A DNA stretch of 64,000 nucleotides, taken from contig NC_087437.1 of assembly GCF_036321535.1 (NCBI RefSeq), positions 69,628,001 through 69,692,000 on the forward strand, in the 5' to 3' direction. Under the pieces are notes generated by a model, which saw nothing but the letters and a program-made list of their open reading frames with translations, was not told where the DNA came from and did not search any database. Every line of letters starts with the position of its first letter. Position 1 is the first letter of the stretch. A program made the position numbers and the translations under genes. This document shows, piece by piece, positions 12,891 through 24,349 of this stretch. Origin of the DNA: Camelus dromedarius (taxonomy: Eukaryota).

Positions 12891-13699
12891 CAGATTTAGA
12901 AATCAGTGTAAGAGAAGGTAAAAAAGATTACCACTAAACACTATAGAGATTTTCCTTAGTTTGATACATCGTATACACCAGTGTTATAAATGACTGAATG
13001 GCCTTTATGCTCTTGATCTGAGGCATACAGAACAATTAAGATCTGTTAGATGAGAAGAGTTTACACTTTAGAGGAAGTGGAGATATTTGACAGATGTTAT
13101 AGAAAGTTAAATTTCTGCATGTTTATCGTATGTTTCAGATGTTCTGGCTTCCTCATGGTGAACATCAATTTACTTTGTCTCTTGGCTGCTGAGCCCCTTA
13201 AAAGCTCCCCATTTCTTTTACATTCTGTATCTCACACAGTTCAAGCCCCTGCTGATTAGGCAGTGGGTTTTGAAGAGAAGCAGCAGGTGGGAGACATCCC
13301 CATAAGTAGGGCCAGGCATCCTCTGTGGCCTCTTATACGTACTCCCATCTACTTCTCTGTTGGATGATTGGTGTTGGACCTTAAGCTTTCATAGCCTACA
13401 TTTCAGATGTGCTTCATTCATCTATAAAGTAAAAACAAACCAAAAAACCAGAAATAACACATCTCATTCATGCTCTGTCAAATGAGAATGACTGGAAATA
13501 GGATGGTCTTCCCAAGGCATTTCTGGTGACTTGCATGTTAACCGCCCTCCCTTCTGGGCCAGAGTTAGCGTAATATTCTACGGGTTTTCTCTAGTACAAA
13601 GTAATCCCTTCGCCAGATCGCTTCCCGAGACCAACATTTAAAGGCTGCAGCAAGGTGACCTCAGGAGTTTTTCATACAGTGATAGAGAAGAAAAAGCTG

Positions 13700-13865
13700 G
13701 GAGTGAGAAAACTTGGATTCAAGATCCACCCCGGCCATTAATGAGGTGGATGATCTAAGTCATATTGTTTCACCCTTCTAAACTGCTTTTTCCTCATCCA
13801 TGAAATAAGGGAGGAGCTGACCTAGTTGATCTCAAAGGTCTTTTCCAGCAGCAAAATTCTGTAGT
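13700..13865 (+). mobile_element. MIR3 SINE
   Basis: ttcctcatccatgaaataaggg...gatctcaaaggtcttttccagc...aaattctgt is the MIR3 3' pattern. Confidence 0.7.
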
Positions 13866-14871
13866 CAGCCAAACCACTTAGAACTAAGCAAGCAGACACC
13901 AGAGAAACCCCATCTCATTTCTCCACTTCTAAATTTATCACTTGAGTCGTCAACAGACATTGCCCAGTGTAAGGGAGCTGAATCAGCCATATTTAGTAGC
14001 GGGGGAGTGGCCTCAGCCAGGTGAGGAACATCAAACTTTCACTCAGGTGTTCAGTCACAGTTGAAGAAAAAAGAACCAGGGAATGGAATGGTGCAGTGAA
14101 TCCTGGGTGTCCCAACTCCAGCTTCACTTACATAACATCAAGCAAAGGGTGAGGGGACACCCGTTTTCAGACAGTTTCTATATCACAGCAAGGCGCCAGC
14201 CTCTCACTGCTTTCTGGCTTCCCAGTAAATAAAAGAAATAAACAGTCCCCACTTCCTGCACTGCTCCCCCCACCCTGCCCCTTTCAAGGTGATTGTTGTC
14301 TCACCCCCTTTTGAGTCAAACCCAGGATACAGGCCTTTCAAGTATAAAAATATACTTCCCAGCTCCAACTTGCCAGCAGTGCAGAAGACTCCTAAGAGAT
14401 TAGGAAGAATGAAGTTTCCAGTCTCTGCCTGACAGCATTTAGGGCCCCATTCTTCCTGACACAGAGGGTCTGGTTTTATGCAGCTACAAAGCACAGAATT
14501 AGGGGTAGCTGTAAGAGAGATGCTTATTTCTTCATTTTTTCTAACTCTTGGGAGTAATAAAAAGGAATATAGTAAGAGAGAGGAGGATAAAAGAAGCTAC
14601 CTCTCAAGTCCTCCCCTAGTTTTAGATTCTGTTAAAGAAAGGCTTATTCTGACATTGTTAAAATGGTAAGGAAGGCATTATTCGGAAGTGTTGTGAAAGG
14701 TGTCAAGACTACCCCAGCAGGGGAGAGAGACCAAGTTCAACTCTGAATATAACAAGAACTAGTGGGGATTTATAGCCAAGGACTAAGCTGGGGCAGAGGA
14801 TTGGGGGATAGGAGGGAGGGTCAGCAGATAAAAATTACTAAGAGGAAACATCAAAGTCTAAGAGGAATTTC

Positions 14872-15257
14872 TTTTTTAAAACTATTTTATTGACCTAGAG
14901 TTGATTTACAATGTTGTGTTAGTTTCTGGTGTACAGCATAGTGGTTTAGTTATACATGTATATATATTCTTTTTCATATTCTTTTCATTATAGGTTATTA
15001 CAAGGTATTAAATATAATTCCCTGTGCTATACAGTAGGACCTTGTTGTTTATCTACTTTATATATATAGTAGTTTGTATCTGCTAATCCCAGACTCCTTA
15101 TTTATCCCTCCTGCCCCCTTGCCATTCGGTAACTGTAAGTTTATTTTCTCTGCCTGTGAGTCTGTTTCTGTTGCAGTGAGCCAGACAGAGAAAGACAAAT
15201 ATCGTATGATACCACTTAAATCTTAAATAATGGTGGAATCTTAAATAATGATACAAA
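14872..15257 (-). mobile_element. 5'-truncated, 5'-inverted L1 3' end
   Basis: Antisense L1 3'UTR at 14872-15172, then a sense piece at 15173-15257 (cagacagagaaagacaaatatc...gatacaaat). TSD taagaggaatt(t/c)c at 14859-14871 and 15258-15270. Confidence 0.9.
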
Positions 15258-15529
15258 TAAGAGGAATTCCCTAATGTTTAAATTGACCTACCTTGATTCT
15301 TGCTAAAGGCAGGCCAGGATGACCAGATATCAAGGGTGGCATAGAAGAGGATAAGGAATTTGACCAGATGTTGAGGGTGATTAGGGTAGAGGGATTCTGG
15401 TTAAACTGACTTAGCAACTTTCTTGCTAAAACTTGGTTATGAAGTCCTAGCACATACAGAGGCCATGGCTGGGGCCAAGTTGAGAAGATGTGTCAGAGAA
15501 ACCTGACTGAAGTTTGGTCAAGGAAAGAG

Positions 15530-16022
15530 TGGCAAAGAGTCTCTCCGTGATCAAACTTTGGTCAAGCTCTTCTGAGCTCATACTTTGACAAGGCTCTAAC
15601 TTTTGGGCCTTCATGTTCATCTCTGTACTGTCCAGTCATAGCAAGAATCCTGCCAAGTCAGTTTAGCCAGAATCCCCACCCCACCTTCCTCAATATCTGA
15701 TCATCCCTGATGGATCAGGTTCCTCATCCTCCGCCATCTCCCAGGTGATGTCTGATCACCCTGGCCTGCCTTCAGCAAGAATTCTGTTAGGTTGATTTAG
15801 CCAGAATTTTCTATTACCTCTTACTAATTTTCCATCCACTGACCCCCATCCTGCTACTTGGCTATAAATTCCCACTTTTCCTTCTTGTATTCAGAGTTGA
15901 GCCCAGTCTCTCTCCCCTACTGCAGAACACCATTGTAGTGGTCCCCACGTCTATCTCTGTGATCTTGAATAAAGTCAGCCTTACTGCCTTTAATAAGTGT
16001 CATGAATAATTTTTCCATAACA
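15530..16022 (+). mobile_element. ERV1 solo LTR (MER31-like), complete
   Basis: TG...CA ends (tggcaaagagtctctcc ... ttttccataaca), TATAAA at about 15864, AATAAA at about 15968, and a perfect 4-bp TSD AGAG (15526-15529 / 16023-16026). Confidence 0.9.
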
Positions 16023-16163
16023 AGAGTCTTTGTCAGTTCTGTGAATGTTCTATGTCCTTGGGGGCCTTCATTTTTTAAATCATTCTAACTCATATTTGCA
16101 GAACTGCCATTTCACACAGTGATCCTGTGAAACTTACTGGTTTAATGGTCATTTGTTCCTACA

Positions 16164-16227
16164 TTCTCTCTCCTTTCTTCCCTCCCTCCCTCCCTCCTTT
16201 CCTTCCTTCCTTCCTCCCTCCCTCTTT

Positions 16228-16302
<75 letters not shown>

Positions 16303-16450
16303 CTTTCTTCTTTTCCCTTTCTTTCTTTCTATCTTCCTTCCTTCCTTCCTTCCTTCCTTCCTTCCTTCCTTCCTTCCTTTCTTCCTTCCTTTCTTCCTTT
16401 TTTCCTTTCTTTCTTTCTTTCCCTCTCTCTCTCTCTCTCTCTCTTTTTTT
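16164..16450. repeat. Compound (CCCT)n/(TTTC)n/(TTCC)n/(CT)n polypyrimidine microsatellite
   Basis: About 287 nt that are almost purely pyrimidine on the + strand. Confidence 0.95.
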
Positions 16451-17371
16451 GAAATGCTTTTGGATTTGTGGAGTTCAGTTCCCTGGACATCCCCTTCTCA
16501 AGGTTTACATGGGTTTACACAAGATTAAGGCTCAATGTGACATAGGTGGATTTTAGCCTTTGCTTTGTGCCAGGAACCATGCCAGGAGACGTGCATGAAG
16601 AAGACGCAGCTCCTGTCCTTCAGGAAAAACTGATGTTTCAGGGAAGAGCCCACATTAATAAGGCATTACTCACTTTTTTCTTCCATTCCCATGTCAAAGA
16701 GAGATCCATCATCAATGGAAAGGTAGTTTACATTTTTTTTTTCCCTTTTCTGAAGATAATACTCAGACTCAGCTTCAAAGAAGTTTTGTTGAAGAAAGGC
16801 ATTTCCAGGGCAGTTTTTTTTAACCAAAAACACCTGTGCACCCTTCAGCTGTCTGACAGTCCTTGCTCTAGGGAAGCTGAAGGCCAAAGGACACTGGCTG
16901 CTGCTAGCCTGCTAAGCACCCAGCACAAGGCTCTGCCTCTGGGGGCATTCACTAAATGTTTGTAGACTGACAGAAGCCTGAAGGTCAGTAAGGATGTGCC
17001 TTTGTCATGCAGCCTGTGAGCTGGAGATGTCCATACAACCAACTGAGTGGGATGGAGGAAAAACATTGAAAAACAAGTTACTAGAAGTCTAGAGGAGTAT
17101 AAAGTCGGAGAGAAAAAAAAAATAGTGTCAAATATATTCTCTCCCCTGGATGTCATTAAGCGCGTAGCTTACACAGCTGATGAAGGTCGGTTCTCCCTCA
17201 TTTTTAAAATCATCAACAGGAAAATCCTGCAGTTTACTGAAGCATCTGTCTTCCCTATAGCCTTGTGCTATGGACTTTGAAGAGCATATTAAAATAATAT
17301 ACCTTGCCCACCAGAATAAACATGACATATTTTCTAAACCATCAAGTTTTACTTAAAAGTCAAATTGAGGA

Positions 17372-19400
17372 ATATCCGCTTCTGGAAAGATAGAGTAGAC
17401 TTATTTATCCCTCTTCCTCCAGAAAAATAGAATTATAACCCTATATATTGCATATAAAACAAACACAGAAGACTCTAAATGTTGTAGAGAAGAAGCAAAC
17501 TAGGTTAGGACCTCAGGATGCAAAGAACACAGATTATAAGTTCCCTGTATTTTTTTGTTTATTTGTTTTTTTGTGGGTTTTTTTTTTTTGGCTTATTTAT
17601 TTTATATATCCCAGACTTGGAGTTGTAGAAACTGGCACCTGGAAATGCCAATGGTGTAGACCAAAAGAGCCCCAAGAAGAGCCTGCTCTCTCTAGCCAAA
17701 GGACCAAGAAAGGGGCAGAATAGGAAGACAGAAAACTTGTAGACAGTAATGCTCTACTCCAGCCAAATACCTACCAAAAAAAAAAAAAAAAACTGGCTGC
17801 AACCCTACTCATGCCAGCAAAGGTCAAGTATGAAGCCTAGATTTCTACACTCATGTGGCTGTAATGAGGCACCACAATACCCCTGCCAGGGTAGCATCAG
17901 AGAAGGCCAAATAGGGAGCTGAGATTTTTACTCCCACTGGGCAGTTATGAATCCCCACCCTACTCCCTGGGTGTCAGTGAAGTCCTTGTGGAGAGCCTGG
18001 ACTTCCACACTCACCCAGCAGTCGTGAGCCCCTCTAATTCCATAGCTCAGTTAGTGTCAGACAGATGGGACAAACGGTGCTGTAGAAATTGGACATCCAC
18101 AAGCCAAAATATGGAAAATAACAAAATAACAAAACAAACACAAAACACCTGGACATCAACCTAAATCCCATATCTTATACAAAAATGAACACCGAATGGA
18201 TCACAGACTTAAATATAAAATATAAAACTTTTTTGAGGAAAAAAACTTCATAACCTAAGGGCTAGGCAAAGGTTTCTTAGACTTGACACCAAATGCATAA
18301 TCCATGAAAAGAAAAAAATTGATAAATCTGACTTTATCAAAAATAAAAACATGCCCTGTGAAACCAACCTCTGAAAAGGATGAAAAGACAAATTAGAGAG
18401 TGGGAGAAACTACTTATTTGACAAAGGATTGGTATCTAGAAAATATAAAGGACTCTCGATACTTAACAGTAAAAAAAACAAATTAAAAAAACCAACTCAG
18501 AAAATGAAAAAAATAAATTAATAGACATTTCACTGAAGAGTGTGTATAGATGGCAAATAAACGTGAAAAGATGGTCAACATCATTAACCGTTAGGGAAAT
18601 GCAAATTAAAGCACAGTGTGGTATCAATATACACCTATCAAAATGGCTAAAATAAATAATACTGCAATACCAAACGATAGTGAGGATGTGGAGAAACCAA
18701 AGTACTAATAAATTGCTACTGGGATTGTGCAACGATACAGCCACTCTGAAAAAAAGTTTGACATTTTCTTTAAAAATTAAACATACAACTACCATGTGCC
18801 CCAGTGATCATACTCTTGGGCATTTATCTCAGAGAAATGAACAGTTACGTTCACACAAAAACCTATACACAAATGTTTATAGCAGCTTTATTTGTAATAG
18901 CCCCAAACCAGAAACAACCCAGATGTCCTTCAGTGGGTGAATAGTTAAACTGTGGTATATCCATTCCATGGAACACAACTCAGCAATAAAAAGAAATAAA
19001 CTATTGATACAGCAATCTAGATGATTCTTCAGTGACTTATACTGACTGAAAAAGAGCCAATACCAAAAGTTACATACCCTATACTTTTATTTATATAACA
19101 CTTAAGAGGACAAAATTATAGAAATGAAGAACTTGTTAGTGGTTTCTGGGGCTAAGCAAGAGGTGGGGACAAGTGGGCAGTTTTGTGGCTATAAAAAAGC
19201 AGCGTGAGAGATCCTTGTGGTGATGGAAATATCAGTATCTTTAACTACATCAGTGACAATATTCTGACTGTGAGATTGTGCTATATTTTTCACCACTGGG
19301 GGAAAACTAAGTAGACGTTTCATAGGGATTTCTGCTTTATTCTTACAACTACATCTGAAGTTTACAATTAACTCAAAATTTTAAAATTTAATTTAAAAAA
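17372..19400 (+). mobile_element. L1MD-like LINE: 5' region joined to ORF2 end and 3'UTR
   Basis: 5' region with about 80-bp monomer-like repeats (agcctagatttctacactca / agctgagatttttactccca / agcctggacttccacactca). Late ORF2 follows from about 18065, then an L1MD-type 3'UTR (gatccttgtggtgatggaaat...cttacaactacatctgaagtttacaatt). Confidence 0.8.
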
Positions 19401-19619
19401 TCAAATGGGAGGGTGGAAAAGTTAGAGAAGGCATTGCTTACATTAAAACACACATTGATATATTATGGGTATTTTGCCTGAATTTTTGTAAAACATGAAA
19501 CATCAAAACAGTTTACATTTGCAATAGGCTTTTGAAACAATATTGCAGACTCCTGGGAACAAGAATTTTCATGATTCCATTTCCCAGTATACTTGAGTGA
19601 AAAGCCTTGAGAAGTGCTA

Positions 19620-19810
19620 GGTGGAAAGAAGGAGGATTTAGAGACATAGTTGGATTACTAGCCCTGGGACTTTAAATATTTTACTTAATTTCTCTGACCT
19701 TCTGTAAACGGAGAATAATAAAAATGTTATCTTACTTTCTTTCCAGGGTTATAAGAAGGATCCAATGAGAGAAAATGTATCTATAAAGTGAAAAGTAGTG
19801 TTATTATTAA
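19620..19810 (+). mobile_element. MIR fragment
   Basis: ttacttaatttctctgacc...tctgtaaacggagaataataa...cagggttataagaaggatccaatgaga. Confidence 0.65.
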
Positions 19811-22584
19811 GGCAAACACTCATATAAGCACACAGTATCAAAGATTTCGATATGTCTTAACAAGTTAAAAAATAACTAACCTAAACATTGTAGTGCAAAT
19901 AGAAGGATAAATATATCTGTGTGGGCTTCTTAGAAGAGTAAAACACAAGTACTATAAATTTATGTAGAACAAGCTAGATGAAAACAAAATTATCTCCTTT
20001 CTAGCAAAGCAAATTTCTCACTAAAGTGTCTTTATCTTGACTAGTCTCTTAGTACCTTTGACCCAGAGCTGACAGAACGCCAGTGACACCTCTTCAGCTG
20101 TTTAGGACATTTTAGGTTTATTGTTGTGCACCATCTCCCCGAAATCGAACAGATGGAGGTCTTCGACCTATTGAACCAATACTGCCCATTCTAAGAAGCG
20201 ATGCATTTTCTGATTAAAAAAAAAACAAACAAACAGTTGGGACATAGAAACCTACAGATTGAGTCAACACCTAGAAATAGGAGTTTCCAAGCCAAGGTGT
20301 ATTTTTCAGGGTTGGGAGTGGTGGGAATTTTATATTGCTCCTGAAGAAAAAACAAGTACTATTGTAAGCCGGGTGAATGACTACACCGAGGGAACAAAAA
20401 TAAACACCTAGGCATTTGACACTTGAATCATTCATTTGGAGATCTTTCAAATGATTTTTTATACTCATATGTCATTCCAAGGACAAGACAAAAAGGACCA
20501 CTGTCATGATTGTGCAGATTCAGAGAAGCTAAGATGGGGACCTAGCAGAAATATGAGATCTGGCAAGTGGGCAGAGAATCAGAAAACTAGAACCAAAACA
20601 CTTGGAATACCAGAACACAGTTGGCGTCAGAAATCTGTATTATTGGGATGGTAAAGGGGAGATCTAGGCTAATGAGGGATGAGGCCAGAAGACTGTCTAA
20701 AATGAGCTCACTCCCTGATTCTAAAAGGATAATGAATCTAGACAGGCCATTAGGATATAGAAAGTGTCTATAGAACAACACAGGAACTCAGTTTTTAACT
20801 AGAGTTAGGGTCTAAGTTGAGGCTTTCAGAAAAAGGCAAAAGTTATACTATTTAAATTTAAGTACAAGATCATGGGAGACAAAACAAAAAGCAAGGGTGA
20901 CTTGGTTTGGAATCCTGAAGAGTGAGTTAGAGCTCCTTATGTCACTCTTGACTGAGGGCAGGAGGGACTCGGTGCCTGGGGCAAGGCTGATCTTCCAGGT
21001 AGGTTGGAAACGAAGACAAGCTGGCCGTTTAAGTGGAGAAGACTTCAGCAAGTAGGCTGTAAAGGCTCTGATGTAGATTTATTTCCTGCAAATTCCATGT
21101 CTGAGATGACTCAAATTTTTTTTTGCACTAAAATATATATTAACATCAGTCAGAGTAGTGATGCTACCTCTTGTCCTTTTTTTTTTATATTTCTCTTCTG
21201 TGCTCTGGTCATGGTAGGAATAAATTCTATATAAATATCAAAGGCTGAATATCTGAAAATTTACAGAAAAAAAAAGTCAAGATATGAACAACTTCAAAAT
21301 TAGGCATATGGAAGATCTAAATAGGAGTCCATCTCATCCTTCACTTTGTTAAATACCACGGTAGGTTCCTGTGTTCAGGTTTCTGCAAATCTGCCCATCT
21401 GCAATGTTTTATTCTGATCCTTACAGATAGACAGATTATACTAGAGATTTCATGTTAGCAAGACAATAGTAAGATAAGGGATAAGTCTGTAATTGAGTAA
21501 GCTTGGTACAACATAATTTTCTAAGGTATGGAATGAATTAAAATCATTAGATTAGATGTAGGGAGGTAGGTTTTGAGTGGTGGTTCCTTTTTTTAAAGAA
21601 AATATAAGGAAAGTTTTATCATCTCCTTTTGGTTAAACACCAGGGTTTCATATGCTGGCTTCAAATCTCCCCATGCATTAAGTGTAGGTCACTAGCCCTC
21701 TTTTAACATTAAAGATCCATCTGTAGACCGTGGAAGTCAGCAGTGACATGAGACAAACTATGTTGTTTGAGTGGAAACTGGCCAGCAAGTGTCGCGGTAT
21801 TTTTCAGGATAAGAAGGCTTTGAGTAACCCCCAGTGTCATGTCTTAACTCTGCAGCAGCTCCACGGATGCCTTTCTTTTTCTTCATCAAAATGCCTCGGA
21901 TACAAATCTGTGACTTTGCTTTGGTTACAAGCTAAATAATTTCATTGAAAAACTTGCTTACTGTTGAGTTTATATTATATTCACAAACCAGTTCCCAATT
22001 ACTGGGGAACTACCTTTTGTTATTTGACTCTTCCTATATGAGTTTTCTTTCCCGTGTAGTCAGGCAGATCTGATTGGGGAAATAGCCTACAGCAAGCTTG
22101 AGGGAGAACAGAAAATCAGAAGGATATATAATACAGGTAAGCAGGAATGTAAACTAGAGCCAAGGTCATAAACTAAACAGGTGGAGCTCCAAGAGGGAAC
22201 GAGCTGGAAGCTAGCAACGAGACTTGAGGGTGACGGTAGCAAATTCCCTCGGGTGTGTGGGCATTGTTTAACAACGGGAGGCTGAGATGGGAAACCACCC
22301 TGCCGGTGCAGTTTTTGAAGAAAAGGGAGTTTGTTTTTAATATTCCCATTATTCTGGTTTGGTGCTCACGTGAAGTTATTAGATTTATTGTTTACCTCTT
22401 GGGTTTTTCTATGTAGAACCTGACTGAGAATTTGGATAAGCCCCCAAAGTTATTTTGCTCATTCTTTGAAATCAAGCTAGCAAAGATATAATTAGCCTTC
22501 TCTAATTCAGTTTAATATGTAATACCTGATCATGGGACCACATGAGCTCTTTTGGAAAAGCATGTCTAAAATAAGGAACAGGAC

Positions 22585-22800
22585 TTAACATGCAACAAGC
22601 ACCTGCTATGTGCCAAAAACTGTGCCAAACTCTTTATACACAGTAATTTATTTAAAACCGTCAACAAACAAAGCTATTAGCTTTTCTTTACAGATGAATA
22701 AATTAAGGATTTAATGTTTGAAGTGAAATTACTCCTGGATATGCAGCCAGTAGAAGAAAGAAATGGGATTCCAAAGTGAAGGTCCTGCTTTTCCATGCTC
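22585..22800 (-). mobile_element. MIR SINE
   Basis: agcacctgctatgtgccaaaaactgtgcc...tttacagatgaataaattaagg...gcagccagtag. Confidence 0.7.
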
Positions 22801-24349
22801 CTCCCTCTTTGGATTCCAGAGCTGTAAACTGCTTATTGTTTGGTTTACTCTGCTGATGGCTACATGTTGCAGTAACTATGATAACAGCTAATAATAAAGT
22901 TGATCTCATAGCAATACCTCCACCCAGATAACATCTGATTCATTTAAGTCATTTGTTCTCCAGAGCAATATTATCTTCCCCAAGACTTCGATAAAAAAAA
23001 TTTTAAAAAAAACTATAAAAGAAAACTGAGGGGAAATCAAGTGTAATCTCAGTACCGTGTTTAATTAACGCTGGTCTCAGATAGATGAAATGGAATAAAT
23101 AAAAGTAACTTCACCTGGTTACCTCCACTCTCCCAAAGACAAAGTGACACATGTTCTAAATGGCGGAACTCCATCACTGAATGCATTTCTGGCACAAGAC
23201 CGAAGGCAAGAGTCACAGAGTAAAATTCCCTGGACTGGTAACTCATCAGCTCTTTCTTCTTTTTGACATTGGCAAAAGCCTGTATTCTGGATGGGAGCTC
23301 TAATTGCTTTCCATAAGGTTCCAGCACCTGTTTCCAGGGTCCAGTGGTCAGATGAACAGACTGAATGCCAAAAGTTGTGTTTGCTATTTCCAATTCTGCC
23401 GTAGCCTCACAACCTGGGAATTCTGGCTCTCACTGACCTCATCTCACCACCCCACCCCTAGCATTTTGCAAAATAGGAATGCCCAGTATTTTCTCACTCC
23501 CAGAGGCCCCTCACAAATATTCTATAGGCTCTTGACTTGCTGACACCCTAGAATGAGAGATGCTCTGAGGGGCAGCCACGATGAAGCTTTCTCTTTCGCT
23601 GGGATCTGCAAGTGCCAGTGCAGCTGAGGGGGATGAGCATCTCGGCATCTTCTGCTCGGTTCTCATGCCAGGCCTTTGATGTCTTGTAAATATGTGACTT
23701 CCCTATGTAGGGCTGTATTTTCTACAGCATGTGTCCTCAAGTATGTCCTATACAACTGCACAGCCTGGGAGTTTAATAACTCTCAAAGCCTTTTCCTGGT
23801 TTTGTGTTACTGACTCAATAGCAAAGGATCAGCTTATATTAAAGGCCAAATATTAAAAATTCTAGGGAGGACTCTGGAGTATCTATTTTGGAATTTAATT
23901 GAAATCAGTGTAATGTGGTTCACAGATGAAAAACCGAACAGGTATATTTTGGAGGCTTGTATTGATAGCTCTGTATTGTGAAATGAAACCCAGCAGGGAG
24001 TAAAGTAAAACATTGATTTTTTTCCAGGATGCCATGTGTCTGTGCACTAAAGAATGCTTCCCAATATCATCAGTATCTCATATTAAAGCAACCGTAACTT
24101 GTGTCTCTTGAAGTACCTAGGAGAGGAAGGCGATGCTTTTATTATCTCCCCATGTCCTAAACTTTTGAGAAACTTTTCATAGCTAATAGAGGTAGATCCC
24201 AACCTGTAAATGGGTTGTATTCCAAAAGTGCATTTTTGGTTGTTCTTTGTACCCTGGAATGCACTTCCCCATAGAAATAAGAGTCTACTTAATTAAATTA
24301 CAGGACAGGCTATACAGAAAAGCATTTCATCCATGATATTCCTGAACTG

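Larger units (their letters stand above)
14630..16035 (-). mobile_element. ERV1 solo LTR (MER31/MER67-like), interrupted twice
   Basis: After removing both inserts, the minus strand starts TGACAAAGACTCTTTCCTTGACCAAAC and ends ...CCTTACCATTTTAACAATGTCAGAATAAGCCTTTCTTTAACA. Flanks attc/gttc give a 3/4 TSD match. Confidence 0.85.

Noticed and set aside
16127..16528. 133-aa and 99-aa F/L/S/P-rich ORFs that look like membrane proteins
   Set aside because: They are translations of a pyrimidine microsatellite, which cannot contain stop codons.
18463..18940. Overlapping ORFs on both strands
   Set aside because: They lie in decayed L1 ORF2 sequence. The same applies to 8164-8427.
23061..23393. 110-aa minus-strand ORF with protein-like composition
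   Set aside because: No recognisable homology, a non-ATG start and only weak splice sites. A BLASTX hit would reopen it.
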